64,000 bases of DNA from Squalus acanthias (taxonomy: Eukaryota), in NCBI GenBank assembly GCA_030390025.1, contig JASTWF010000069.1, forward strand, positions 992,001-1,056,000. The letters are read 5' to 3'. Shown piece by piece: positions 35,010 through 48,800 of this stretch. The notes beneath the pieces are model-generated. The model did not search any database and was not told where the DNA came from. It worked only from the letters and a program-made list of their open reading frames with translations. The number at the start of each line of letters is the position of its first letter. Within the stretch, counting starts at the first letter, position 1. Made by a program: the position numbers and the translations under genes.

Positions 35010-38000
35010 CTGCACTGTCGGAGGGGCGGTACTGAGCGAGCGCTGCACTGTCAGAGGGGAGGTACTGAGGGAGCGCCGCACTGTCGGAGGGTCAGTACTG
35101 AGGGAGCGCCGACCTGTCGGAATGGCTGTACTGAGGGATCGCTGCACTGTTGGAGGGGGAAGTACTGAGGGGGCGCCGCACTATCGGAGGGGCAGGACTG
35201 AGGGAGCTACGCACTGTTGGAGGGACAGTACTGAGTGAGCGCTGCACTGTCGGAGGGGCAGTACTGAGTGAGCGCCGCACTGTCGGAGGGGCAGCACTGA
35301 GGCAGCGCTGCACTTTCGGAGGGGAGATACTGAGGGAGCGCCGCACTGTCGGAATGGCTGTACTGAGGGATCGCTGCACTGCTGAAGGGGGTAGTACTGA
35401 GGGAGCGCTGCACTGTCGGAGGGGCAGTACTGAGGGAGCGCTGCACTGTCAGAGGGGCAGTACTGAGGGAGCGCCGCACTGTCGGAGGGTCAGTACTGAG
35501 GGAGCGCCGCACTGTCGGAGGGGCGGAACTGAGGGAGCGCCGCACTGTCGGAGGGTCAGTACTGAGGGAGCGCCGCACTGTCAGAGGGGCAGTACTGAGG
35601 GAGCGCCGCACTGTGGGAGGGGCAGTACTGAGGGAGCGCCGCACTGTCAGAGGGACATTACAGATGAAGCGGCGCACTGTCGGAGAGGCAGTACTGAGGG
35701 AGCGCCGCACTGTTGGAGGGACAGTACTGAGGGAGCGCTGCACTGTTGGAGCAGCAGTACTGAGGGAGCGCTGCACTGTCGGAGGGGCAGTACTGAGGGT
35801 GCGCTGCACTGTCTGAGGGGCTTATACTGAGGGAGTGCTGCACTGTCGGAGGGGCAGTACTGAGGGAGCGCCGCACTGTCGGAAGGGCAGTACTGAGGGT
35901 GCGCTGCACTGTCTGAGAGGCTTGTACTGAGGGAGCGCTGCACTGTCGGAGGGGCAGTACTGAGGGAGTGCCGCACGGTCGAAGGGACAGTACTGAGGGA
36001 GCGCCGCACCATCAGAGGGGCAGGACTGACGGAGCGCCGCACAGTCAGAGGGGCAGTACTGAGTGAGCGCCGCACTGTCGGAGGGGCAGTACTGAGGGAG
36101 CGCCGCACTTTCAGAGGGGCATTACTATTGGAGCGCCGCACTATAGCAGGGGCAATACTGAGGGAGCACCGCACTGTCGGAGGGGCAGTACTGAGGGAAC
36201 GCCGCACTGTCGGAGGGGCAGTACTGATGGAGCGCCGCACTGTCGGAGGGGTAGTACTGAGTGAGCTCTGCACTGTCGGAGGGGCAGTACTGCGGGAGCG
36301 CAGCACTGTCGGAGGGGTAGTACTGAGGGAGCGCCGCACAAGCGGATGGGCAGTACTGAGGGAGCGCCGCACTTTCAGAGGGGCATTACTGATGGAGCTC
36401 CGCACTGTCGGAGGGCAGTACTGAGTGAGCGCTGAACTGTCGGAGGGGCATTACTGAAAGGAGCGCCGCACTGTCGGAGGGGCAGTACTGTCGGAGGGGC
36501 AGTACTGAGGGAGCGCCGCACTGTCGGAGGGCCAGTACTGAGGGAGCGCCGCACTGTCGTAGGGGCAGTACTGAGGGAGCGCCGCACTGTCGGAGGGCCA
36601 GTACTGAGGGAGCGCTGCACTGTTGGAGGGGCAGTACTGAGGGAGCGCCGCACTGTCGGAGGGGCAGTACTGAGGGTGCGCTGCACTGTCTGAGGGGCTT
36701 GTACTGAGGGAGTGCTGCACTGTCGGAGGGGCACTACTGAGGGAGCGCCGCACTCTCGGAAGGGCAGTACTGAGTGAGCGCCGCACTGTCGGTGGGGCAG
36801 TACTGAGGGAGCGCCGCACTTTCAGAGGGGCATTACTGATGGAGCGCCGCACTGTCTAAGGGGCAGTACTGAGGGAGTGCCGCACTGTCTGAGGGGCAGT
36901 ACTGAGGGAACGCCGCACTGTCGGAGGGGCAGTACTGAAGGAGCGCCGCACTTTCGGAGGGGCAGTACTGAGTGAGCGCTGCACTGTCGGAGGGGCAGTA
37001 CTGCGGGAGCGCCGCACTGTCGGAGGGGCAGTACTGAGGGAGCGCTGCACTGTCGGAGAGGCAGTACTGAGGGAGCACCGCTCTGTCGGTGGGTCAGTAC
37101 TGAGGGAGCGCCGCACTGTCGGAGGGGTAGTACTGAGGGAGCGTCGCACTGTCAGAGGGGCAGTACTGAGTGAGCGCTGCGCTGTCGAAGGGTCATTACT
37201 GAGGGAGCGCCGCACTGTCGGAGGGGCGGCACTGAGGGAGCGCCGCACTGTCAGAGGGGCATTACTGAGGGAGCGCCGCACTGTCGGAGTGTCAGTACTG
37301 AGGGAGCGCCGCACTGTTGGAGGGACAGTACTGAGGGAGCGCTGCACTGTCGGAGGGGCAGTACTGAGGGAGCGCCGCACTGTTGGAGGGGCAGTACTGA
37401 GGGTGCGCTGCACTGTCTGAGGGGCTGTACTGAGGGAGCGCTGCACTGTCGGAGGGGCAGTACTGAGGGAGCGCCGCACTGTCTGGAAGGGCAGTACTGA
37501 GTGAGCGCCGCACTGTCGGTGGGGCAGTACTGAGGGAGCGCCGCACTTTCAGAGGGGCATTACTGATGGAGCGCCGCACTGTCGGAGGGGCAGTACTGAG
37601 GGAGTGCCGCGCTGTCTGAGGGGCAGTACTGAGGGAACGCCGCACTGTCGGAGGGGCAGTACTGAAGGAGCGCCGCACTTTCGGAGGGGCAGTACTGAGT
37701 GAGCGCTGCACTGTCGGAGGGGCAGTACTGCGGGAGCGCAGCACTGTCGGAGGGGCAGTACTGAGGGAGCGCCGCACTGTCGGAGGGGCAGAACTGCGGG
37801 AGCGCAGCACTGTCGGAGGGGTAGTACTGAGGGAGCGCCGCACAAGCGGATGGGCAGTACTGAGGGAGCGCCGCACTTTCAGAGGGGCATTACTGATGGA
37901 GCGCCGCACTGTCGGAGGGCAGTACTGAGTGAGCGCTGAACTGTCGGAGGGGCATTACTGAAAGGAGCGCCGCACTGTCGGAGGGGCAGTACTGTCGGAG

Positions 38001-40680
38001 GGGCAGTACTGAGGGAGCGCCGCACTGTCGGAGGGCCAGTACTGAGGGAGCGCCGCACTGTCGTAGGGGCAGTACTGAGGGAGCGCCGCACTGTCGGAGG
38101 GCCAGTACTGAGGGAGCGCTGCACTGTTGGAGGGGCAGTACTGAGGGAGCGCCGCACTGTCGGAGGGGCAGTACTGAGGGTGCGCTGCACTGTCTGAGGG
38201 GCTTGTACTGAGGGAGTGCTGCACTGTCGGAGGGGCACTACTGAGGGAGCGCCGCACTCTCGGAAGGGCAGTACTGAGTGAGCGCCGCACTGTCGGTGGG
38301 GCAGTACTGAGGGAGCGCCGCACTTTCAGAGGGGCATTACTGATGGAGCGCCGCACTGTCTAAGGGGCAGTACTGAGGGAGTGCCGCACTGTCTGAGGGG
38401 CAGTACTGAGGGAACGCCGCACTGTCGGAGGGGCAGTACTGAAGGAGCGCCGCACTTTCGGAGGGGCAGTACTGAGTGAGCGCTGCACTGTCGGAGGGGC
38501 AGTACTGCGGGAGCGCCGCACTGTCGGAGGGGCAGTACTGAGGGAGCGCTGCACTGTCGGAGAGGCAGTACTGAGGGAGCACCGCTCTGTCGGTGGGTCA
38601 GTACTGAGGGAGCGCCGCACTGTCGGAGGGGTAGTACTGAGGGAGCGTCGCACTGTCGGAGGGGCGGCACTGAGGGAGCACCGCACTGTCAGAGGGGCAT
38701 TACTGATGAAGCGCCGCACTGTCGGAGTGTCAGTACTGAGGGAGCGCCGCACTGTTGGAGGGACAGTACTGAGGGAGCGCTGCACTGTCGGAGGGGCAGT
38801 ACTGAGGGAGCGCCGCACTGTCGGAGGGGCAGTACTGAGGGTGCGCTGCACTGTCTGAGGGGCTTGTACTGAGGGAGTGCTGCACTGTCGGAGGGGCAGT
38901 ACTGAGGGAGCGCCGCACTCTTGGAAGGGCAGTACTGAGTGAGCGCCGCACTGTCGGTGGGGCAGTACTGAGGGAGCGCCGCACTTTCAGAGGGGCATTA
39001 CTGATGGAGCGCCGCACTGTCGGAGGGGCAGTACTGAGGGAGTGCCGCACTGTCTGAGGGGCAGTACTGAGGGAACGCCGCACTGTCGGAGGGGCAGTAC
39101 TGAAGGAGCGCCGCACTTTCGGAGGGGCAGTACTGAGTGAGCGCTGCACTGTCGGAGGGGCAGTACTGCGGGAGCGCCGCACTGTCGGAGGGGCAGTACT
39201 GAGGGAGCGCTGCACTGTCGGAGAGGCAGTACTGAGGGAGCACCGCTCTGTCGGTGGGTCAGTACTGAGGGAGCGCCGCACTGTCGGAGGGGTAGTACTG
39301 AGGGAGCGTCGCACTATCAGAGGGGCAGTACTGAGTGAGCGCTGCGCTGTCGAAGGGGCATTACTGAGGGAGTGCGACACTGTCGGAGGGGCAGTACTGA
39401 GGGAGCGCCGCACTGTCGGAGGGGCAGTACTGAGGGAGAGCCGCACATTCTGAGTGGGAGCACTGAGGGAGTGCGACACTGTCGGAGGGGCAATACTGAG
39501 GGAGCGCTGAACTGTCGGAGAGGGAGTACTGAGGGAGCGCTGCAATGTCGGAGGGGCGGTACTGAGTGAGACCGGCACTGTCAGAGTGGCATTACTGATG
39601 GAGCGCCGCACTGTCGGATGGGCAGTACTGAGGGAGCACCGCACTGTTGGAGGGGCAGTACAGAGGGAGAGCCGCACTGTCGGAGGGGCAGTACTGAGGG
39701 AGCGCGGCACTGTCGGAGGGGCAGTACTGAGGGAGCGCCGCACTGTCGGCGGGGCAGTACTGAGGGAGCGCCGCACTGTTGGAGGGTCAGTACTGAGGGA
39801 GCCCCGAACTGTCGGAGGGGCAGTACTGAGGGAGCACCGCACTGTCCGAGGGGCAGTACTGAGGGTACGCTGCACTATCTGAGGGGCAGTACTGAGGGAG
39901 TGCTGCACTGTCGGAGGGGCAGTACTGAGGGAGCGCCGTACTTTCGGAGGGGCAGTACTGTGTGAGCGCTGCAATGTCGGAGGGGCATTACTGAAAGCAG
40001 CGCCGCACTGTCGGAGGGGCAGTACTGAGGGAGCGCCGCACTGTCTGAGGGACAGTACTGAGGGAGCGCCCCACTGTCGGAGGGGCAGTACTGAGGGAGC
40101 GCTGCACTGTCAGACGGGCAGTACAGAGGGAGCACCGCACTGTTGGAGGGCCAGTACTGAGGGAGCGCCGAACTGTCAGAGGAGCTGTACTGAGGGAGCG
40201 CCGCTCTGTCGGAGCGGCAGGACTGAGAGAGCGCCGCTCTGTCAGAGGGGCAGTACTGAGTGAGCGCCGCACTGTCAGAGGGGCATTACTGATGGAGCGC
40301 TGCACTGTCGGAGGGTCAGTACTGAGGGAGCGCCACACTGTTGGAGGGGCAGTACTGAGGGACCGCTGCACTGTCGGAGGGGCAGTACTGTGGGAGCTCC
40401 GCACTGTCAGAGGGGCATTACTGAGGGAGCTCCGCACTTTCAGAGGGGCAGTACTGATGGTGCGCCGCACTGTCGGAGGGTCAGTACTGAGGGAGCGCCG
40501 CACTGTCGGAGGGGCAGTACTGAGGGAGCGCCGCACTGTCAGAGGGGCAGTACTGAGGGAGAGCTGCACTTTCGGAGGGGCTGTACTGAGGGAGCGCTGC
40601 ACTGTTGGAGGGGCAGTACTGAGGGAGCGCCGCACTGTCGGAGGTTCAGTACTGAGGGAGCGCCGCACTGTTGGAGGTGC
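35010..40680 (-). repeat. Large 33-bp minisatellite array (about 5.7 kb, about 170 units) with higher-order duplication
   Basis: Tandem 33-mers; identical translations recur at an offset of 1504 nt (36375/37879, 36451/37955, 36833/38337). Confidence 0.95.
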
Positions 40681-40881
40681 CGTCTTTCACATGAGTTTTA
40701 TAACCCGAGGCAACGTCTGCCCTCTCAGGTGGATGTAAAAGATCCCATGACACTATTGAACAAAGGCTCCAGCTGTATAATACAGATGATCTTGTCATCG
40801 GAACATTGCTGCTTTTGGGATCTTGCTGTGCACAATGTGGACTGTCACAGGTATTGTAGAATTAAGGATGTCCGTACTTAC

Positions 40882-41175
40882 ATTGCAAAGTGAGTGCGAG
40901 GGTGTGCTCCGATGAAACAGATGGATATCTGACTCTGCAGGTGAGAGTTTGTCCGTGGTGTTTGAGTGATGGAATCAGGGACAGAACAGAAGTATATGTC
41001 AGAGTGACGCCATGCTGAGTTACACTGTTTGAGACTGACCCGGGTACGTCAGTGGGATTGACCCAGGTTAAGACAGGTGCTGTTCCAGTGCACGTGGTGT
41101 TGAAGGTGCAGCTTACGTTCACACGCTTTCCTGCAATCATTTCAGCAGGGAATATCCTGGGTTTATCTGTGAAAT
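40882..41175 (-). CDS. Siglec-like gene B, C2-set exon (distal copy)
   Basis: Within ORF 40862-41182; same splice sites as 1555-1848; 2 aa differences from the gene A copy. Confidence 0.9.
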
Positions 41176-41340
41176 CTAACACACAGAGAATGGATCCTTT
41201 TAGATAAATATAACGTGAGGCATCAGTTCAAATAGAAATCACAGTCCCGCAAGAGAAAGTACTTTTACAAGGATAACACCAGAACTGAGAGGTTACAAGG
41301 ATTAGGAATGATTGAACAGGCTGGGGCTCTTTTCTCCAGA

Positions 41341-41768
41341 ACACGGTGGCATAGTGGTTAGCACTGGTGCTTCACAGTGCCAGGGACCCGGGTTCGAATC
41401 TGACCTCGGGTATCTGTCTGTGTGGAGTTTGCACATTCTCCCCGTGTCTGCGTGGGTTTTCTCCGGGTGCTCCGGTTTCCTCCCACAGTCCAAAAATGTG
41501 TAGGTTAGGTTGGTTTGGCTGTGATAAATTAACCCTTAGTGTTAGGAGGGGATTAAATATGTGGGGTTATGGGGATAGGATGGGCTATGTTAGGGGGAAT
41601 TAAATACGTGGGGATAGGGTGGGATAGGTGCAGGCTCGATGTGGGGATTCTGTGTGAGAAAGCAGCGACAGGGTACTGGATTTGGATGATCAGCCATGAT
41701 CATATTGACTGGTGGAGCAGGCTTGACGGGCCGAATGGCCTACTCCTGCTGCTAGTTTCTATGTTTCT
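41341..41768 (+). mobile_element. V-SINE (HE1-like) insertion specific to the distal V-C2 copy
   Basis: tRNA head GGTGGCATAGTGGTTAGCAC...GGTTCGAATC; V-domain GTGTGGAGTTTGCACATTCTCCCCGTGTCTGCGTGGGTTT; CR1-type tail; the site is empty at about 1390 and about 31615. Confidence 0.85.
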
Positions 41769-42799
41769 AAAAGAGAAGCCTGAGGGGTGACCTGATAGAG
41801 GTCTTTAAAATTATGAAGGGGTTCGATAGGGTAGACGTAGAGAAGATGTTTCCACTTGTGGGGGAGACCAGAACTAGGGGCCGTCAATATAAGATATTCA
41901 CTGATAAATCCAATCGATAATTGAGGAGAAACTTCTTTCCCCAGAGAGTGGTGAGAATGGGGAACTCGCTACCACAGGGAGTGGTTGAGGCGAATAGCAG
42001 AGATACATTTCAGGGGAAGAAGGAAAAACACATGAGGGAGAAAGGAATAGAAGGATATGAAGAGGGGTGGGAGGAGGCTGGTGTGGAGCAGAAACACCGG
42101 GATGGACCAGTTGTGCTGAATGGCCTCTTTCTGTGTGGTATACTCGATGTAACTTTGTGTGAATCTCTAAGAAGAAATTGTTTCCTATTTCCAGGGTTTG
42201 CGGAGTGTCTGTCACTGAGCTTAATGCACTTTCTCTCAACCAACACTTAAAAGAAAGACTTGCATTCCTACAGCGCATTTCATGACCTCAGGACGACCCA
42301 AAGTGCTTCACAGCCAATGAAATACTTTTGATGTGTTAAACCAGATGATCTGGTCATTATCACATTGCTGTTTGTGGGAGCTTGCTGTGCACAAATTGGC
42401 TGTCACATTTCCTACATTACAACAGTGACCACACTTCAAAAAAAGAACTTCATTGTCTGTGAAGCGCTTTGGAACCTCCTGAGGTGGTGAAAGGTGTTGG
42501 AGAAATGTGAGTCTGTCTTTTGTCTGTATGTAAGACTTTTAAACACGATTAGAGAGATAGATGGGAGTCGTTAACCTGATAACAATGATGGACACAGTCA
42601 AGACATTCAATCATTGATAATAAAGTGAGTATTAGAGGTTGCTTTAGGACTGAACTGGAAGGTATCGCCAGGTTATTGATAATCAGACGCTGTGTTATAA
42701 TAAGCTGTGTTTTGTGTTAATGTGTAACCGCCACAGTTTATGTTATTTCCCACTGACTGTTGATTGTGAATTGTGGAGTAATTATAACCCAGCACTTAC

Positions 42800-43165
42800 C
42801 AGAAACATGAAGCTGTGTTACAGGCCAGTAGTTATACGGATCACTGTTGTCAAATTCTATTCTGAAATTATAAGGTCCTGCGTCTCGCTGTGTGATGTTG
42901 TTTATAATCAGGGAACAGTCACCATCTCTCAGGTCTCCAGACAGCCGGGTCCGATGGCGAAACTGTGACAACTCACGATCGTGATCCTTGGAGTGAAAGG
43001 CTATAGACCATGAGCTCCATTTCACATTATTAAACCAGACTCCAACTCGCGGTTGGTTTGCCAGACGCGATGGATAAGTGTAATGACATGGAATCTGTGC
43101 ACACAAACCTTCCTGTGCTGTCACCACTCGTGGTTTCTCGCCTTTCCACTCCTCTGACAATACAG
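42800..43165 (-). CDS. Siglec-like gene B, V-set exon (distal copy, V1)
   Basis: CTCCCAG|CT acceptor, TCTG|GTAAGT donor, 366 nt, phase 1-1. AVLSEEWKGEKPRVVTAQEGLCAQIPCHY...DCSL...GPYNFRIE...TQLHVS has the CD33-like GLCxxxPC motif and the essential Arg. Confidence 0.92.
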
Positions 43166-43784
43166 CTGGGGAGAGAAATATCAATATTTAGCACTGGATG
43201 GCTTGTCGCTCCACTGGACTCAATATCCACCCCCTCCATCACTGGCGCACAGTGTCTGCAGTGTGGACCATCTACAGGACACACAAGGAACTCACCAAGG
43301 TTACATTGACAGCACCGCCCTCCCCTGCGACCTCTACCGCCCAGAAGGACAAGAGCTACTGAGACAACACAATCCAAGAATGAATATCAAACACTGCGCA
43401 CCGTGTTCTGTGATTGGGGAGCATTATAGTGAACCCACATGTCGGACAGACTCATAGTCACCTTGCCCGTGGACATCGCACCCGCCTGTCCTCATGCCTT
43501 TTCCTCAGCACACAATGTTTCTGCATGTGAAGACAATTCTTGACCCAACAGATGGCTCCATCAACCCAACGGATGGAAGGGAATCCTCGGCACGGGAGTA
43601 GACAAGTTCATTCTATAGTGGCTAACAGACCTCAGGACCCTGTTCAGTGAAGCAAGTCTTCCACCCAACACCATGCCTAAATGACGCACCCATTGAGGTA
43701 TATTCTGTGCCGATTTACAAGGCAGGAACAGTGGATTAGGATCCGTCAGAACTCACGCCACTATCTCCATTCTGAATCACTATA

Positions 43785-45325
43785 GTCATAGAGTCATAGA
43801 GTCATAACGGCACAGAAGTAGGCCATTCGGCCCATCGAGTCCATGCCGGCTCTCTGTAGAGCAATCCAGTCCGTCCCATTCCCCCGCTCTATCCCCGTAG
43901 CCCTGCAAGTTTATTTCCCTCAAGTGCCTATCCAGTCTCCCCTTGAAAACATTGAGTGTCTCCGCTTCCACCACTTCCGTCAGCAGCGAGTTCCAGGTCC
44001 TCACCACTCGCTGCATAAAAAAGATTTTCCTCACAATCCGCTGTATCTCTTGCCCAAAACCTTAATCTGTGTCCTCTAGTCCTTGTACCATCAACTAGTG
44101 GGAACAGCCTTTCCCCGTCTAGCCTATCCAAACCCATCATAATCTTGTACACCTCTATCAAATCACCCCTCAACCTCCTTTGCTCTAATGACAACAAATC
44201 CAGCTTCTCCAACCTGTCCTTGTAGCTAAGATCCCCCATCCCCGGAACCATTCTGGTAAATCTCCTCTGCACCCTCTCAAGGGCCTTCACATCGTTCCGA
44301 AAGTGTGGTGACCAGAACTGGTTGCGATAACTCCAGTTTTGGCCTAACCAGTGCTTTATAAAGCTTCAGCATAACTTCTCTACTTTTGTACTCAATACCT
44401 CTATTTTTGAAGCCCAAGATCCCATATGCTTTGCTAACCCCTCTCTCAAAATGTCCCGCCACCTTCAGGGACCTATGCACATTAACTCCCAGGTCCCTCT
44501 GTCCCTGCACACGGTTTAAAACTGCCATTAAGTGTATATTGCCTCTCCCTGTTCCTTCTGACCAAAATGCATCACCTCATACTTCTCTGTATTAAATTCC
44601 ATCTGCCACTTGTCTGCCCATTCTGCTCGCCTTTCTATGTCCTGTTGCAGTCGATTGGTCTCATCACTGTTTGCCACACCCCCAAGTTTGGTGTCGTCGG
44701 CAAATTTAGAAATTCTACTCTGTATTCCAATATCCAGGTCATTTATATATATAAGAAAAAGCAGTGGCCCCAGCACTGACCCTTGGGGAACACCACTGTC
44801 TACCATCCTCCAGTCTGAAAAACAGCCATTTACCACATCTCGCTGTTTTCTGTCCATAAGCCAATTCCTTATCAAAGCTGCCACTGACCCACCTATTCCA
44901 TGAGCCTCAATTTTGTTAACCAGCCTTCTATGTGATACTTTGTCAAACGCCTTCCGAATATCCATGCAGACAACATCCATTGCATTCCCTTCATCAATCC
45001 TCCTTGTTACTTCAGCAAAAAAAATTCAGTTACATTAGTCAAACACGATCTGCCTTTTACAAATCCGTGTTGGCTCTCCTTAATTAGCTTAAACATCTCC
45101 AAGTGTCCGATAATTTTTTCCTTGATTATTGTTTCTAAAACTACACCCACCAACGATGTTATACTGACCGGCCTGTAGTTATTAGAATTGTCCGTACACC
45201 CTGTCTTTAACAATGGTGTCACATTTGACACTTTCCAATCCTTAGGCACCTGCCCTGCATCTAGGGAAGATTGGAAAATTATGGCAAGCCCTTCCGCTCT
45301 CTCCTCCCCCAATTCCCTTAGCAAG
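43785..45325 (-). mobile_element. CR1 LINE, 5'-truncated, in the leader-V intron
   Basis: ORFs 45007-45324, 44528-44980 and 43928-44290. Confidence 0.92.
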
Positions 45326-45883
45326 CCTGACCTTCTTGTTTGCTCTTCAGCCCTCTTGATTGTCTAAGCTGATTCAGTCTACTTGGCGAATTTTGGATCC
45401 TCATTGTCTAAGGAATTTCTTTGGATTTTCATTGTCTAAGGAATCACTTTGGATCCTCATTTTCTAAGGGATTATTTCAGGTCCAACAATATTGCTGTAG
45501 GGTGATTCCGATACAGCATTGTTGACTGACTTGTCCCCAAGCTCAGCACTGGCCCATCTCCTGCAGACTCTTTGAAGCACAGGAGTGAATCGCCTCTCGC
45601 CTGAGCTCTGAATGTGTCGGAGGTGCAGGGGCGTTGGGTTCATGGCTTTTACAGGCGGTCTCGCTGCGTGTTTGTTAAAACTGAACTGGGCTTCAAACTA
45701 AAGGTCGGTGGCAAACACCTCTTGTTCCGTGTTCGTCTGAAATATTCATGATTTCAGCAGGGCTGTGGGGGAAGAGCGGGGGAGTGGGATTAATTGGATA
45801 GCTCTATCAAAGAGCCGGCACAGACACGATGGGCAGAATGGCCTCCTTCTGTGCTGTATCATTCTATGATTCTATGAAATGTA

Positions 45884-48800
45884 ATTTAGGGATGTAATTA
45901 ATACAAGCAGAATTTAGGGAGCTAGGAGCTAAATTAAAAAGTAGGACCTCTAAGGTAGTAATCTCTGGATTGCTACCAGGGCCACGTGCTAATCAGAATA
46001 GAGAGAACAGGATAGTGAGATTGAATACGTGGCTTGAGCAGTGGTGCAGGAGGGAGGGATTCAAATTCCTGAGGCATTGGAACCAGTTCTGGGGGAAGTG
46101 GGACCTGTACAAAAGGGACGGTCTGCACTTGGGCAGGACTGGAACCGATGTCCTCGGGGTAATATTTGCTAAAGCAGTTCGGGAGGATTTAAACTAATAT
46201 GGCAGGGGAATGGGAACCTATGTAGCGAAACAGGGGGAAGTAATATGCAGTCAGAAACAAATGTTAGAAGGGTGAGAAACAATAGGGGAAGGCCGAGTAA
46301 ACAAAGGCAAGAAACACAAAGGGCCATACTAAATCATAAGTCTAAAAGGACAAAGGATGTTAATAAAACAAGCCTAAAGGCTCTGTGTCTTAATGCAAGG
46401 AGTATCCGTAATAAGGTGGATGAATTGACTGTGCAAATAGATGTTAACGGATACGATGTGATTGGGATTACAGAGACGTGGCTCCAGAACAATCAAGGAT
46501 GGGAACTGAACATCCAGGGGTATTCAACATTCAGAAAGGATAGAATAAAAGGAAAAGTGGGTGGGGTAGCATTGCTGGTTAAAGAGGAGATTAATGCAAT
46601 AGCTAGGAAGGACATCAGCTTGGAGGATGTGGAATCAATATGGGTTCAGCTGCAGAACACCAAAGGGCAGAAAACGTTAGTGGGAGTTGTGTACAGACCT
46701 CCAAACAGCAGTAGTGAGGTGGGGGAGGGTATGAAACAGGAAATCAGAGGTGCGTGCAAAAAAGGCACGGCAGTTATCATGGGTGACTTTAATATGCATA
46801 TAGATTGGGCTACTCAAACTGGAAGCAATACGGTGGAGGAGGATTTCCTGGAGTGTTTAAGGGATGGTTCCTAAACCAATATGTTGAGGAACCAACTCGA
46901 GGGGAGGCCATCCTGGACTGGGTGTTGTGTAATGAGGAAGGACTAATCAGCAATCTTGTGGTACGAGGCCCCCTGGGGAAGAGTGACCATAGTATGGTGG
47001 AGTTCTACATTAGGATGGAGAAGGAAACAGTTAAGTCAGAGACCATGGTCCAGAACTTAAATAAGGGCAACTTTGAGGGTATGAGGCGTGAATTGGCGAG
47101 GTTAAATTGGCAAGCGATATTTAAGGGGCTATCAGTGGAAGGGCAATGGCAGACATTTAGAGATCGCATGGATGAACTACAACAATTGTACATCCCGGTC
47201 TGGCGTAAAAATAAAAAAGGGAAGGTGGCTCAACCATGGCTAACAAGGGAAATCAGGGATAGTATTAAAACCAAGGAAGTTGCATACAAATTGGCCAGAA
47301 GTAGCAGCAAACCTGGGGACTGGGAGAACTTCAAAACTCAGCAGAGGAGGACGAAGGGTTTGATTAGGGCAGGGAAAATAAAATATGAAAGGAAGCTTGC
47401 AGAGAACATTAAAATAGACTGCAAAAGCTTCTATAAATATGTAAAAAGAAAGAGGTTAGTAAAAACAAACGTAGGTCCCCTGCAGTCGGAAAAAGGGGAA
47501 GTCGTAATGGGGAACAAGGAAATGGCTGATCAATTGAACAAGTACTTTGGTTCGGTGTTTACTGTGGAGGACACACACAACCTGCCGGAAATAAAAGGGG
47601 TCAGAGGATCTGGTAAGAGGGAGGAGCTGAGGGAAATCCTTATTAGTCGGGAAAAGGTATTGGGGAAATTGATGGGACTGAAGGCTGAAAAATCCCCGGG
47701 GCCTGATGGTCTGCATCCCAGAGTACTTAAGGAGGTGGCCTTGGAAATAGTGGATGCATTGACGATCATTTTCCAACATTCTTTAGACTCTGGATCAGTT
47801 CCGATGGAGTGGAGGGTGGCCAATGTAACCCCTCTTTTTAAAAAAGGAGGGAGGGAGAAAGCAGGGAATTATAGACCGGTCAGCCTGACATCGGTCGTGG
47901 GTAAAATGATGGAAGCAATTATTAAAGATGTCATAACAGAGCATTTGGAAAGTGGCGACATGATAGGTCCAAGTCAGCATGGATTTGTGAAAGGGAAATC
48001 ATGCTTGACAAATCTTCTGGAATTTTTGAGGATGTTTCCAATAGGGTGGACAGGGGGGAACCAGTAGATGTGGTGTATTTGGACTTTCAGAAGGCCTTCG
48101 ACAAGGTCCCACACAAGAGATTGGTGAGCAAAGTTAAAGCACATGGGATTGGGGGTAATGTGTTGACGTGGATTGAGAACTGGTTGGCACACAGGAAACA
48201 AAGAGTAGGAGTAAATGGGTACTTTTCAGAATGGCAGGCAGTGACCAGCGGGGTACCGCAGGGTTCGGTGCTGGGACCCCAGCTGTTTACATTATATATT
48301 AATGATTTGGACGAAGGGATTAAATGTAATATCTCCAAATTTGAGGATGACACTAAATTGGGAGGCAGTGTGAACAATGAGGAGGATGCTAGGAGGCTAC
48401 AGAGTGACTTGGACAGGTTGGGTGAATGGGCAAATGTATGGCAGATGAAGTACAATGTGGATAAATGTGAGGTTATCCACTTTGGTGGTAAAAATAGAGA
48501 GGCGGACTATTACCTGAATGGTGGCAGATTAGGGAAAGGGGAGGTGCAACGAGACCTGGGCATCATGGTACATCAGTCACTGAAGGTGGGAATGCAAGTG
48601 CAGCAGGCAGTCAAGAAAGCAAACGGAATGATGGCCTTCATAGTAAGGGGATTTGAGTACAGGAGTAGGGAGGTGATGCTGCAGTTGTACAGGGCCTTGG
48701 TGAGGCCACACCTGGAGTATTGTGCGCAGTTTTGGTCTCCTAACTTAAGGAAGGACATTCTTGCTATTGAGGGAGTGCAGCGAAGGTTCACTAGATTGAT

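Noticed and set aside
35010-40680. CRISPR-like array
   Set aside because: Units are contiguous with no unique spacers, there are no cas genes, and the context is eukaryotic.
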